Source: Botryllus schlosseri (Eukaryota). Taken from it: a stretch of DNA of 64,000 nucleotides. The stretch is taken from NCBI GenBank assembly GCA_051294905.1, contig CM119371.1, forward strand, positions 1,118,001 through 1,182,000. The letters run 5' to 3'. Shown one piece after another: positions 49,680-63,754 of this stretch. Below the pieces are notes generated by a model. That model saw only the letters and a list, made by a program, of their open reading frames with translations, had not been told where the DNA came from and searched no databases. Every line of letters starts with the position of its first letter. Positions within the stretch are counted from its first letter, which is position 1. Position numbers and translations under genes: made by a program.

Positions 49680-51624
49680 ATCTAAAGCCAGGCAAAAGAG
49701 ATGATACGTGACCTCAATACCATGGAGATGCAAAGACTGGATTCGCAAAATCGTGAAATTATTTGTTATAGTTTCCGTTCAAAAGCGGTGGCTTTCAAAG
49801 GGAACATTGCTGCGGCCAAAATGTTTTCACACTCTCCACTTTCATTTCAGACGTTATATTTAAAGCGCAGTGTCGTTTTAATGTGTTATAGTTTTGTCAG
49901 TGGGCAGTGAAATCATAAATCACACCCAATATGATGCCCCGACAGTAGAATGCATATTACGTATATCTAATCCAATTAGATATGGGAATGGGAAATCCAT
50001 TTGTAAAACGTTCCCTGCAATATGCAGCTAATCATTTACGTATTATCAATTGATCCAAATCACTAAATTTATATTCGATTTATATTCGCACCGGTTCCAC
50101 GTTCTGAGAGGTACTTTCACAAAACAATTATGAGCTCGCAAATTCGTTTTCGTATCAATGGTAAATCGAACAAAGTAATCCCGAATGCTATTTTAAGATT
50201 TATAGTACTTAATTAGGTTGGACAAAATGATTTCGGAATTAATGTAATGTTGTTGATTATAATTCAGTTCTACCTAAAAGAATGCACAATGCACATGAAT
50301 GATGAAATGATTCGTATCAACGCCAATATAAAAAGTGGGATGCTGTATGACATAAAACCACGAATCCTGCAGAGAGGTGGTCAGTAACGGAGTAACTCTA
50401 CTTTATCAGACTACTCAAGTAGTGCTATCTACTTGCATCGCTTAATCAAGGGGTCACCATTTTAGACTACTTCTCTTTCTACTTCTTGTCACAGTTGTTA
50501 GTCCAAACTACTCACTTTATACAATATTGACTTTGAAAAGTATCGAGTTGTTCCTAGCTCCGTATTCGTCATCGTTTTCAGTGAGATTCTTATGGGAGCC
50601 GCCTCAAATAGCCCATGTATCGCGGTGACTGCATGAACATATCAAAGATTCCATTCACTTGCAGTGTCATTAGTCGTTTTGCATTAGCCGCGAGACATAT
50701 CTAGCAATTTCGAAAGTAGGTATTTCCTATAAACTGCTAAAAGTATGCGGCCCTTCGACCAAATCTACTTTTTGGAACTACTTATTTCACTACATTTCAC
50801 AATAATACATTTCCTACTTCCACCTCAAGTCAATTTCTGATTTCTTGGAAATTGCTACTTCTACTTGTATATCAGCATCAGCTTACGGCGCTATTTATCG
50901 TTCTACATGAGTCTTAACCCTGACTACTTTGAATACCTCTAATCATTTATGAACTCGTGTTAGCAACTCTCAGAACCAATCGGAGTCCGCTTTGTCAGCA
51001 GATGTCGTAAATAAGCTACATGAAGTATTAAATTTGTTCCAAAGTTATATAAGTATATGAAAGTGGTTTACAAGTTTCTTTGACTCGTCGTCCCCTTATC
51101 AAGCTCGATATATCTTTATCACGCCCATAATGGTAGAAGTACTATCAACAGCGAAGTACTTGTGCTTTTCTGTACTACTTGTTATTATATACTTGTTTCG
51201 CTTACTCAAGTAGTTTTGTTCGTATACTACCTCTACATCAACAATTTTTTATGGTGAATAGTAATTTATGCATACTTGACATTGTCAAGTAAAAGTAGAT
51301 TTTGACGCACTTCAACGATGCCTTGCTTCGAAATTGATATGCAAGCTCACAATCAGCAACGTGTGAGAGATGATGCCTGAATTCCCTACAACAATTCATC
51401 GTATTAATTATGGGATGTCGAATGAAACTAAAATTCATGAATACCGTGCGTTATCACGTAACCCTGATAACGACACTATGTCATGCATGAAACTAAAGCC
51501 TCATGATTTCTAGCGTTAGTAACGAATTGGACCTGAATTGACCATTTCATTCAAAGAGATCGCGTTTATTTAATATAGCTAATAAAACGGATCTAAGATA
51601 CGATGCAACCAAACAATGACTCAC

Positions 51625-51814
51625 CTTGTAAAACTTCCAATTCAGTATCGAGATCATTTGCAATCTTCTGGACTTTCTGCAATTCGGCTCCTTTTAACAT
51701 ATCATCTTCTTCGAGGTATATCAATGTTACTTTCTTCAAGTTAGAGTTGTTGACGAGAGACGAAATGTCATCGAGTGAAGCAGGATACAATAACATGCAT
51801 CTGATATATTCGAT
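51625..51814 (-). CDS. Putative degenerate LRR exon
   Basis: ctgcag|IEYIRCMLLYPASLDDISSLVNNSNLKKVTLIYL...EVLQ|gtgagt. Confidence 0.5.
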
Positions 51815-53384
51815 CTGCAGTGAGAAATTATGACTATTAATATTGTGTATTACAATGATGCTTACCACTATTGTTGACCATTTCACCAGGGGCCATCATC
51901 TATTACAATATACTTTGGATCACCAGTTTGGACGGTTTAGTCTGACCCGCTAGGCGATTCTGAAAAAAATGGCCGTATTATCCGACACATTTCTAATACA
52001 TGTTGATATATTTAGTCGGAAACACTTACATTCTCTCAAGTCAGAAAATGTTGAGCATGTCATTGTTCATAGGCCACATTATAACCATCCGACCGTGGTG
52101 TTGAGGTTACACTGTAGTCACCATCAGCAACAAGTCACTGCCATATGGACACTAGTGTAACCATACATCATCTTTTTTGACTTTTTTGAAAGTGATCTGG
52201 CAACTGTAGGTGTGTTAATTTTTTTTCAAATATCATCGGCTTACTTGTCAAATTATCTACAACAGCGCTGCATACCAAATTTGACTCGACTCCAACCAGT
52301 GGAAGCTGAGGTCGGTCAAATTCAAATTGAAATAATAGTATTTACGGTGACCAATTTTGTCACACAGACTTGATCAAAAATAGTGTTCCAGGTACGCCCC
52401 GTGGCAGGGATGTCTTTTTCACTTGTTTTCATCTTGATACAAGCCTAGGGTGGCTTTTGGATGAAGACATCGCCAGTAAATGAAACCAATACACGACACG
52501 GACTACCTGGAAATTGGTCCACTTCGTTGAAATAGAAAATGTCAAAACGATGGTGAGATAATTTTCAAATAGAGTAGGCCTACTTACACACCGAAATTAA
52601 CAACCTCGAAAAGAAAATGAACAAAGGAGCAGCTAAAATCCAAGTAAATATATTTCTCAAGTGATCTATATTGTTGGTCGGTCCAATGTAAATTTCCTCA
52701 CGATAGAATTTGATATTATATGATATTTTATTATTTGATCTGCACCACTCCTACAGTACTATCAACTTATAGGCACCGTGACAGATCTTCTTCCTATCAA
52801 AAGTTATCGTCCACTATTCATGCCATCCTCCTCCATGTTCGGTTACTGTAATCTAATTGAGTCCATATATCGTGGTAAAACACCAATGCCTTTTATAACT
52901 CTATGACAAGGGGGTCCTGGTGACATTAAAAGACCAGAAAATTAATGTGCTTAATAAGCTCACTGGATTACCATTTGGTTACCATGAATCTCGCATATGT
53001 GAAGTATCAGAAATGTTTTTCAACTCATAAATACTATTCAGTGGCATAGCCCGTTCTGAATTACAATCGGTACCATTTTCAACGCCCTGGATCAGTCAAT
53101 GTAAAACAGTAGAGAAATATCTGAACACTGAGCTGCTGAGGAATGCAACTGATGTCTCTGTGGATGAGGTTTTGGTAATGGCGACTTTGCAATCGGTAAA
53201 AACTTTGAATCAAGGCAGAGAGTATGCCCTGCATAACTGGGATAGATTTCATCAAATTTAAATTTGTCTGACAAAAAATACTTATGGATAGGATTATCAC
53301 TTGAGAAATACATTTACCTGTATTTTACCTTCTTTTCAGTTCATTTTCTTTTCGTGGTCGTTAATTTTAGTGTGTTAAGTACTA

Positions 53385-53750
53385 TATTTGAAAATTATCG
53401 CACCATCGTTTTACCTTGTCTATTTCAATGAAGTGGACCAATTTTCAGGTAATCCGATGTCGTCATTCAAACCCCACCCTAGGACCTTGTCAAGATCAAA
53501 ACAAGTGGAAAAGACATCCCTGCCACTTCAGGCGTACCTGAAAAACGATTTTTGGTCATGTCGGTACGACGAAATCGGTCACCGCGAATACTATTACTTC
53601 AAAAATGACCGAGATTTCAATTTGAGTGACCTCGGCTTCTACTGGTTGGAATTGAGTCAAATTTGGCGTGCAACATTTTTTTAGGTAACCTGACAATTTG
53701 ACAACCAAGCCGATAAAATTTGAAAAAAAAAAGTTTTTCTCAACACCCCT
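53385..53750 (-). mobile_element. MITE related to family C
   Basis: Inverted relative to 52208-52600; similar to 9930-10310. Confidence 0.65.
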
Positions 53751-54430
53751 AAGGAGCACGCTCAAATGACCTCTTTTAGAGAATTTGTCCTCTTTTTTGA
53801 AAATTATGGTAAATTGTAGGCTATGTGAAAATTCAACTGGAAATAAGTACTGAAGTAACGTTCCGGCAGGTCTTTCGAGAGTTGAGCCAGAAAGGTGACC
53901 TTTTTTATTCAACTAACTACAAACATGGATTAAATTAACCATTTTCCCGGATTTTACTACGGTATTGTAAGTATGAATTTTTTTAAAGGTGTCCTTTTCA
54001 GATTCCCAAAATGTGGTAACCCTAATTGACACTAAATTCCGAGATTACGATTTATAAAAAAGCAATCATTGCAATATGCCAATGTATATCGTCGATAAAG
54101 CCTCTGTTTAGCAATTTATTTTTTGTGTAAAACGAGGGCATTGATTTTGAAGCAATCTTTGGAATCATTTTACTGGTCCAGCCCGCGAGTGCTCTGAAGG
54201 TTATAATTTGAACCGCAACACCAGTTGAATTTGACACCCCTGCTTTAGATGAGCAAATTACCAGGAATCACAAACTCCGCAACTGCGGTGGATATCTCGG
54301 CCATGGAATATAAGTTTATTCATGTGGAGGGGACTCGTACTGTGCGGCAGAATTCTATGATAAACGTGCGATGGTGGGAGAAGAACGTTCAATATATCCA
54401 ATGAAACTAATACTGGATGATAAGTACTAC

Positions 54431-54598
54431 CTTCTTTTGCTGACAAGCTTCTAACGTCTTCCAGAATTCATCTGCTTTTCCAACGTAAAACATGGCATGG
54501 ATATTGCCAAAAACGGAAATTGCTGTCCTGCGCTCCAAAATTCGGCTGTAATCCTGGTCAGGTACCAGGCCATTCACGGCAATATCCAGGAGATCCAA
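54431..54598 (-). CDS. Putative degenerate LRR exon, phase 0-0
   Basis: tttcag|LDLLDIAVNGLVPDQDYSRILER...ACQQKK|gtagta; 168 bp open. Confidence 0.5.
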
Positions 54599-55021
54599 CT
54601 GAAATGCGAAAAACAGTTATTCCCAGACTTTAAGATAGCCGCCGTAAAGATGATTGGGTTCGAAGTCATATAAAATGATAGGTAAATATAAACGCATTTA
54701 AAAATACTTTGGGAATATAATCAGGATCGTACTTGATACTTTTTCCAGCAAGTCTCAATCAACGACCAATCGATGTTTTTTTCTTCTTCTGTGCAATCGA
54801 GCAGGATCTTGCTTATCTGAACACAATATTGATTTCAATAGGTAATATGACGTAATTGGCTCGAAGTTCTCAAATTTGAATAAATATTCAATTCATATAG
54901 GTAAAGTTCAATACTGATTCATTAGAATTCTTCGATTCTCCATAATGCATATGCTACATCTGTTTTAGTCTCATTACAGAGTATGATTTCTTTTGTAAAT
55001 ATACTTATGAATATTTTATCC

Positions 55022-55266
55022 ATTGTACAAACGTATGATATAGAAGGTGGTGGTCAAACCAGTCACCGTCGTTACTCAAGTAGAAGTGAAAGTAGCGATA
55101 TACAATTAAGTAAAATATAATTATTGTCGGCCTAGTTTCGCGTAAAAATGATAACTGCCTAATAGAAGTAGTCTGAAATCTTAGCTACTTGAGTATGTAG
55201 GACAAGTAGATAAATCTACCTGAAGTGCTACGACAAGTAGAAGTAATTCGTTACTGACCACCTCTA
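55022..55266. mobile_element. Tol2-like hAT MITE (family E)
   Basis: Terminus GTTACTGACCACCTCT with AAGTA/AGTAG repeats; other ends at 19280-19456, 48390-48520 and 50372-50940. Confidence 0.6.
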
Positions 55267-56599
55267 GATGAATGCTGTAAGGAACGCTAGATAGCCTATG
55301 TGGTGATGTCGCTTATATTTACGCAAAGGTTGAATTTCACCCGAACAGTAAAACATATACAGCATACCCTATCTTTAATATCATCTACCTGCTTTCGAAA
55401 CCTAGATTTTGAGCAGGCGTTGTTGCTTTTCACCTCAAACTACGCCAATGCTTGAGCGCACATTGCGAGATGACCAGTAGCTGCTGCTTCTACTTCTTAA
55501 AAGTATGTGGTTGATGTAACGATTTCACTTATGAAATTGATGCAAAATTATACCAGAAACATGTACTGCACTCTAAAAATGATGTGGTCTCAAATTGAAA
55601 GGCAAAACGAAATCAAAAATTTGGCCGCAGCCATTTTCTTCAGAACGCCGCCGTACTGAAGCTGCAATTTATTGAAATTTCCGCAGGACCTTCACGCTTC
55701 AGCAGTCATGCAGAGATCGAACTTTATATAGTTGTCAGCCAATGTTATGAAGGAAATATGTCGTACATGTCAAGGTGGTTTAGATACCGCGTTCAACGGA
55801 AGATGCTCAGTGAGGAGATTTATGTCAAAATTGGGCCAAGTGTATTCTATTTCTTTAGGACAGAAATAGATGATGCTCAACAATTTTCTTATGAATAAAC
55901 AATATTTTATGCATAAGAATAAGACATGATTTTAGACAACTTTCACACAAAATTGCTTACTTTTCACGGATTGGATTTTGTTAGTTAGAAAGTGGTTTTG
56001 TGTTACGTTTGTATCACTGTGATGCGTGAAACCGTCTCAAGAAATCGCAATAGACATCACGGTAACTGTTGAATCTAATATATAAGATTACACAAATTCG
56101 CAATAATAATCATTTTTAGTTACTCGCAGAGACTGATCTTGTAATTTGCAAAGTAACCGCTAGCGATAAATCAACAAACACTTACGAACGATCGACCAAA
56201 ACTATTTTTCGAAACTCAAGTACTTACTAAGGTACTTTTCATACTTGTCAATTTCTACCTCCACTTGGACAGTTTTAACATATCGTGGACACGTCTATTT
56301 CTACATATAATTGCATTTAAATTGAAACCTTTCTTCACGATTATCTACGTACAATCGAGATTCGATTCACAATACTAGATATGCAAGTAGAGTGAGAAAT
56401 TGAGGATGGAAGTTTTTATCGAACAGTGAACAGCGGATTTGAAATTTCAAAATACAAATCCTCTTCAAATGAAGAATTAATTTTGTCTTAACTCCAAGTC
56501 CAAATCCGATTACGGCTGAAATTTGTCCAAAAGTATCATGGAAATTGAACAATATCAGGAAATATTTTACAATAATATATTAGGAAATGTATCTAATAC

Positions 56600-56755
56600 C
56601 TTGTTTAATTTAAACTCAGATAACTTCTGCAAATCATCCTGCTTTGCCAACAGTTGTATTTGTTCTTCAAATTTGATAAATTCAGCATCAAAAAGTATTC
56701 CAAGAAATGCAACGTCTGCTACGGCATGAACCTGGTTGAACGATAGATTGGAATC
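56600..56755 (-). CDS. Putative exon, phase 0-0
   Basis: ttttgcag|DSNLSFNQVHAVADVAFLGILFDAEF...KLNK|gtatta; 156 bp open. Confidence 0.5.
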
Positions 56756-57258
56756 CTGCAAAATAAAAATGTCAGTTACGTCACAATATGCACCAATAAG
56801 AAACACTCAGAGGTACGATCTACATGAGCAGATTATTGTTACTACTGAAGGCTAGTGCGGGTGAAGCGATGGCTATGATGCTTGCTTGTTGGAAAATGCG
56901 ATGTGAAAGAACCGCAATCCTACCATTTTAAAAAGATGGTAGCTAACATTTCGAATAGACTTGATAATCAAAGTACGATGCCGACAATTTTTACATAAAT
57001 TCAGCAGGTAAAAAACTCTTTACTTATAAAATCAGCACAGGTTTTTAGCTTACTGTTCTCAACAAAGCCATCTCGTCTTCATGACGCTCATCATTACGTC
57101 ATAAGCTACATCCTGGCTATACTACACCGCAAGGTCATCGTTGTACGTGCCTAGTGTAGTTGACAACTTCGTACAGTAAAGTCAGTGAAATGAGCGAAAC
57201 TTCATTCCAATCATTAGTATGGACTCGTTATCAAAGTTGAATCATCTTGATATCAAAC

Positions 57259-57360
57259 CTTGATGGTGAAGTGCCCATCAACCATTCTACCACTTATCTC
57301 GATGACATCTTCTTCGTTATTCAATTCAATCCACCATCCATCTACAGACAGCTGGACAAC
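57259..57360 (-). CDS. Putative exon, phase 0-0
   Basis: ttcag|VVQLSVDGWWIELNNEEDVIEISGRMVDGHFTIK|gtttga. Confidence 0.4.
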
Positions 57361-57866
57361 CTGAATATTATGCAGATGTGAAACTTGAGATTGTGCATTG
57401 TATCGATCATCCAACAAATATTGTGACGTCATATCTTACATACAGTAACAACCGCAGCATCACAGATCATCATGTCATTCATGTGTTATACTTCTTTGAC
57501 ACGGCTCACAGATTCCACTGACGTTTTTGCCGGTGGTGGCATTTTGCTAATTTAGTGGCTCGATATCTCCAAAAATACTTGTTTATATGAGATAAACAGT
57601 ATCATGGGGGAATCCGTAGAAAAAGTATAAGTATGGAGACGAAAATATTTTGGGCAATATTGTTGACCTTTAATCAAATCGTAAGCCCCCGGAACCGTAT
57701 TCCTGCATTGACACGAATTCATGAGCTAATTTCGTCTTTTAATCGTAGCGCGATAATTGACAGTTTCCTGTTGTGAGCATGCAAATCAGAATTACTCCAT
57801 GGACATCATAGTGAGTCCTATATTACAATGGAAATAAAACACTGCAGTCAAAAACGCTGTTATAAT

Positions 57867-58345
57867 TAGGGCTGAGCACAATGATTATTTGTGCTCAAAT
57901 CTGAATCGAATATTAATTTTAATGATTCAGGCCGAGTAGTAAAAGTCGATTTTCTCAAGTACCGAAATTGTGCAAAAATTGACAAAAATTGTAGTTTTGA
58001 CAATATTTTTCACTTTTGAAGCCTTGAAATCACGATTGGTCGCATAGCAGCATATCAAACATATCGTACAAAGCTACGAACGTTACTGGAATAACAGATT
58101 TTCAAAGTCATGATCATCGCCAAAAATTGCCACCAACAACAATGAAATTGGTATGTTCGAAAAAATACCGAAGTATCTTTATTGTGATGCGTAACAACAG
58201 GCATTATATTATTTAAGGTGACATAGAAGGTACATATTCAAACTTTTACATATTACAGTCTGTTATGATGTCAGTCGACTCGACTCAAAGCTTTATATGT
58301 GATTTATAATCGAATCACTCAGATACTCTATTTTTTCCAGCCCTA
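57867..58345 (-). mobile_element. Family B hAT copy, inverted
   Basis: TAGGGCTG...CAGCCCTA ends; TSD GTTATAAT/GTTATAGT (7/8); reverse complement of 4980-5495. Confidence 0.85.
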
Positions 58346-59675
58346 GTTATAGTCAGTGAACAATTTCGCCATGCAATGTCAAAATCATCGTGTTGGCCTG
58401 AAAACCAGATACGCACTTTGTTGATTAGCAGTAGTAATATTCTGTTGCGCACTAATTCATGTCGACATGCACACTTTGGAATTTTGAAGATGCTGACAAT
58501 GTTACTTTTCATTCACGCAGTGCATGCTGTAGGGGCACGTGCCGTTTGCTTACGTAAAAGTGACATAATTTTTCAAAATATTGATGAGCAAGTCGATCAT
58601 AGCCAGACTTGCTGGTATCGATCACACCAATATCAAATTTCATTACATTACATTCATTTCATTCATTGTCAATGTACTAGAAAGCGGATTTTTGTTGATG
58701 AGGTCGTGACATTAGCTCAGCGCTCTTATTGCTGCCACTACTTTACATAATCCCCCATTTCACCGAATTCGATTACATAGCTCGATATTAATGACACAGT
58801 GCGGATATTAAAACATCATATCAGTGGGTAAATACTTAGGGCTTAGGGATGAAAGCAGAGTAGGACTGTTCAAAATAAATTTTTAGATTTCACTAGCCAT
58901 GCAATAATAATGTCTGGTTGGTTGAAGCAACGCTATAAACCAATTTTGGCTTCAAGACAACCAGTAGAAGCGAGATTCTTGCTGTAGAAAGAAAAGATTT
59001 TTTTCCTGTCAACCCATAAAATTGTTTGACTATCAGTAGAGATGCTGTATACTAAATTTAGCTCAACTCCAATCGCTAGAAGCGAAGTTATTGCAGTAGT
59101 GAAATTTCTAATTCCATGATCTTATAAGAAATGATTCTAGCTTTCAATACACCATATTTACTGAACTTAAAATACTTTTCGCGTTTCTCTTTAAGAGTTA
59201 ACTGCAAAGTAAAGGGATTTAATCAGATTTAGAAGCAAAACCTTCCCTTCGGTGTGCCGTCAACTCTTGAATAGGCATCCGAAAAGTCGCCAAGATTAAT
59301 AAATATTATACTACGATTGCAAAATTTGGCAAGCATCATTCCTACTGAAAGCCTAAAAATTTGATGGGGTTGACAGGAAAATTTTGATTTTTTTTTTCAT
59401 TTTTAATGATAAATCCAAAACTGTCTACTGCAAGAAACTAGCTTCTATTGGTTGCAATGAACCAAACTTGTTTTCACCAATCTAACAATTTTATAACATT
59501 GCCATTGAAATTTGAAGAATAAGTTTTTTTTATTGCAGCGTTTAATAATGCAGAGGTATGTTGTATAATGCTGTCTATTACGACTATGACGTCACAACTC
59601 TACGCATATCCCCTTTAAAATTATAGTGCGGCGACTATGTGCTTGTTAGTAAACAACTCAATCACTCGATCTCAC

Positions 59676-59780
59676 TTCCCAATCCAATTTTCCAGATAGC
59701 GATTCAATCCGACGATGGCCGAGAAGTGAACGCAGTGCTGTTGCTGACAACTTATTGTCACGCAAATCCACTTCTTTCAC
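59676..59780 (-). CDS. LRR-like exon (NLR-type), phase 0-0
   Basis: ttccag|VKEVDLRDNKLSATALRSLLGHRRIESLSGKLDWE|gtgag; fits LxxLxLxxNxL. Confidence 0.6.
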
Positions 59781-62700
59781 CTGGAATTATGACAATATTT
59801 TACGAAACGTTCAATAGAACTAATCGAGAAAGACAGTTGGAAGCCACACTCTATTTTCATTATGGCCGAAGGATATTCCATACAACGTACGTTATAAAGC
59901 AAATGCTGATACTTCAAAGTTCCTGCTGTCAGCAAATTCGCAAGCAATTAAATTTCATTGGATTCATATTTTCCAAGCAATATGATGCGAATTCATTGCC
60001 TTTATTAAAAATAATTGCAAAATCGACACGGATTTGGATTTCAAGAATGTTAGTCATTTTCAGATTTACATATTTATGCTAGTGTCACTATATTATTGTG
60101 GCACTCTTTAGTACCTACTAGCGGGCTTCACGATGAAATATCGATAAAATGTATGCCAATATGATATCAAACTATCTGAGCTTTGCCCAGGCTTACTCAG
60201 AGCATATTTTGGAAGCAGAGTATGTTCAACATCCTTGCGATCCCCATAATGAAGGCAAACGACCGTAGGTTCAAAGCCACGGTCTCTTACTAAACCATTC
60301 AATCGGCTTCCAGCGGTCACAGCGGTCAGATTTATTTGTTTTTAATCTCTGTCCAGTACTGAGGCTTTCTGCAACAATTGCAAAAAGAAATTCAACCAAG
60401 GCTTCATGAAACTTGATCACACATTTGTAGAGATGTTATCTCAATGTTACCACTAATCTTAGCTTAATTTACTGCGGCCAGAAACGTTCCGCACCCTAAT
60501 GTTCATGAAATGCAGTCTAACAGTTTTTGAGCAAGTGAAATGTTAATGCTAACCTAATTATTATAATAAGTGGGTTACCAAGACTTTAACTGGAAGCTGA
60601 GACGTCAACACAATGACTTGGACTCGAGTCATAATGCCATGACTCGGACTCCACCCTCCGATCGCTGACTTGGACTCGGTGGTGAGTTGAAAATGACTCA
60701 ACTTGACTCGAGTCAAAACTATGAAAATGAGATTAACTTGTTACTAGGAGCCTTTGGGACTGGGTTACATCCCTGATCATAGTTGTAATTTGATATTTTT
60801 AGCATAGAGTAATTTTAGTCATAATGTAATTAAAACATGCAATAAAGTAATTGTAATTGAATTGAATTAATGTAATTGATCCAACTCTGGAGGTGGCCCT
60901 ATATTTAAATTAGTACACCGTGTAGGCCTACTTAAGAAAATATTTCAGTAGCATAAATCTGTTATTATTGTTAATGATTATTTTGAAAAGATTTTGATCG
61001 TACTTCAAGCCTTCAAAATTGCGGACTTAGAGCCATATATTATAATTTCCTTCCGGACACAACTTTAACAGTGAAGTTCTGAACACGCCCGGGAAAATCC
61101 GGATGTATACCTCAATCCACAATCGCGGCAATAACGTTCTACTATTCGGGAACATGTCCCATATTCGAAATAACTTGAAAATTTCGGGCAATCACCCGTG
61201 CGCACTTTTTTCAACAAAAGCAATGTTATTGTGATGCAACGATGCGCTCAGAAAATATCCACACAGCACTGTGATGATCTAAATCAGTGGGGCGAAGAAA
61301 ACGAATGTCGAGTAATATTAATAGGCCAAATTATACCCAACTCTAGTGGCAAAATGTGCGCAGAGTTTACAGGTTTATGTGAAATGTATCATCGCTAAGT
61401 ATTTCTTCATAGAAGCGAAAACATCATGCAAAACTGTTATATTCAGGTCACACGGAGAATAAAAAGTGACAAAAAATATAGTTCGGATATCTGTTTTCGC
61501 AGCGCTATGTCAGTTTTGGGTCAAATGTTCCCTGGCCCCCACAGAAACCTGAAATGGGTTTGAATATTGTTGAACCAAATTCAAACGTCACCGTTTATAG
61601 TTAAATCTATCTTATTCCTCACAACTTATAGTCACTACAGTTTTCTCGACTTCGACTCCTTCGCGAGAAAATTTGCCAAACTCCGACTCATACTTCACAG
61701 ACCTGGTTACAACCCTGTCATAATCCCAACTCAAATTATCCCATAATCCATTTTATAGCAACTTTATTTTGATTATAGACATAGCATACAATTAACGTAG
61801 GCTAACCAGGATGAACAGATGAACACTAAACTAGCCTTCAAAGAAAAAATGTTTAATTACAAATTCCAAGCAACTTTTCGCCGTCCGTATATTTCCCCCG
61901 CGGCCCGTCGAATGCCAAGGTCTGCTCAAAGATAATTTACAAGCTTTGAGGGAACCCCTAATTTTCAGTCAGTCACTACAACCAAACCAACCACATTGCA
62001 CAATCAATTACATAACTTACATTGTTAGTTGTGTTTTAGCTAGTTGCGGATTTTCAAAGGTCATTAGCTCTCGTTGAGGTTGCATTTAAAACAAACGGTG
62101 TTTTAAAAAAACATTGTCTAAAACATGTTTCAAACAGTTTGTAAACAGAAGTCGTTAAAAATAAAATTGTGTAAAGCTATGCATGCCATAGGTGCGTAAA
62201 TACTTTCCCAACAACATTGTATGAGCCGAAGAACAATTGCGACCCAATATAGCCGACGTATATCGATATTGGATGGTTGGAACTCTAAAAATAGGTGGTT
62301 CAACAGTAAAAGTACATATATTTCGTCAAAGGAACTATATTCATCCTATATTTTCAATTGTCAATGCCAATCCAATATGACATCACAATTGAATATTCGT
62401 GAAGTCGTGACTTGAATAAAAATTAAAACAACATGCTTTAAACTAGGGCTTTGTTTATATCATGTTTGTTTTAAATTGATTTTTGTTTTGAATCCAACCC
62501 TAGTTTTAGTTATAGTTCTAGTTGTCAGTTTTGAAAGTAAATTTTTTCAAACAATAAATATGATTATATTGGTATTTTCTGTTGATGCTCATGAATGACA
62601 AGATTTTGAACATTTTTAGTCTCAAAATCTCACAATATGAACATTTATTGTTCGACAATAATGCGCGAAATGAGAGGTAAGGCGCAGGACGGGCCAAGCC

Positions 62701-63371
62701 TCCTTTAATTAATGCAATAATTCATCGTAAATAGCTTTGAATATATAACCGATGTTAATCGAATTAAATAATCACACTGATCCCGAAGTTCTAGATATTG
62801 ATCGACTTCTCAATTCTAAAAGTATTCGACGGTAACGTAATGTTGCGCTATACGCCTACATTTTAGCGGCAGTAGTAGAAAGGCACTTTTAGCAATCAAG
62901 AACGTGGATATCGCTATGGTACTGTTTGTAAGTTGAATTTGTAAACGTGCATGTCACCTGCACGGCAGTTCATTTGTCGCAGCAGATCCAGACAGAAGTA
63001 AAGTGGGTAATTTTGATTCACAGATGATGAATGACATTACAGAAATTTCTGACTGCTCTTAAGATACTATATTTCATAAAATTTGTTCGACAAACACTGC
63101 GCACTTCCGCTTTTTTGATGTAATTAACCAGGAATGTCAAACGCATTTCCACGCAAATCGTGCATCACGCGTGAGGATTGGGGCTCTTCAAAAATGACTT
63201 CTTTTCTCAAATCGTACTGGCTACTTGATAAAATAGTTAGGGTACCTGATTTAAACCCACACACCCAATTTGGTTCAATTCCAACCAGTAGCCGCATTGC
63301 TACAGGAGAAGGAAGTTTCTATTTATATAACAAAAAATTGAAAATTTTCTGTTTACCCCGGTTGTCTAGAG

Positions 63372-63739
63372 CAGTGGTTCCCAACGTGGGCGATTTGGCG
63401 GTCTAGGGGGGGCGAAAATGACGAAGGGGGCGACAGGGGGGCGAAAATGGACAAAGGGGGCGACGGGGGGCGAAAATAGCAAAGGGGGCGATAGGGGGGC
63501 GATGGCGCGTCAAAACGGCTTACCTTTTTTTTCTTAGTCAACCCACGGAAATTTAGTTACAAAAGTGTGTCAAACTAGACATCGAGCTGAAAATTTGACC
63601 TTTTTTTTTAGTCAACCCGCCTGTGATTACAGTTTGTATTGTTTGTATTCCCAATTTTCGGTACACAAAATTTGGGGAGCGATGATCGGTGTTGACCTTG
63701 AAAAGGGGGCGATGGGTCGAAAAAGGTTTGGGACCACTG
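63372..63739 (+). mobile_element. Family F hAT MITE
   Basis: CAGTGGTTCCCAAC...GGACCACTG; TSD GTCTAGAG/GTCTAGAC. Confidence 0.88.
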
Positions 63740-63754
63740 GTCTAGACTCTAGAG

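Noticed and set aside
49771..49783. GTTTCCGTTC as the right TIR of the P element
   Set aside because: The terminal bases do not match (no CATA) and there is no TSD matching the 31529 flank
58376..60082. Plus-strand 124-aa and 147-aa ORFs
   Set aside because: No motifs; splice signals and the LRR pattern are on the minus strand
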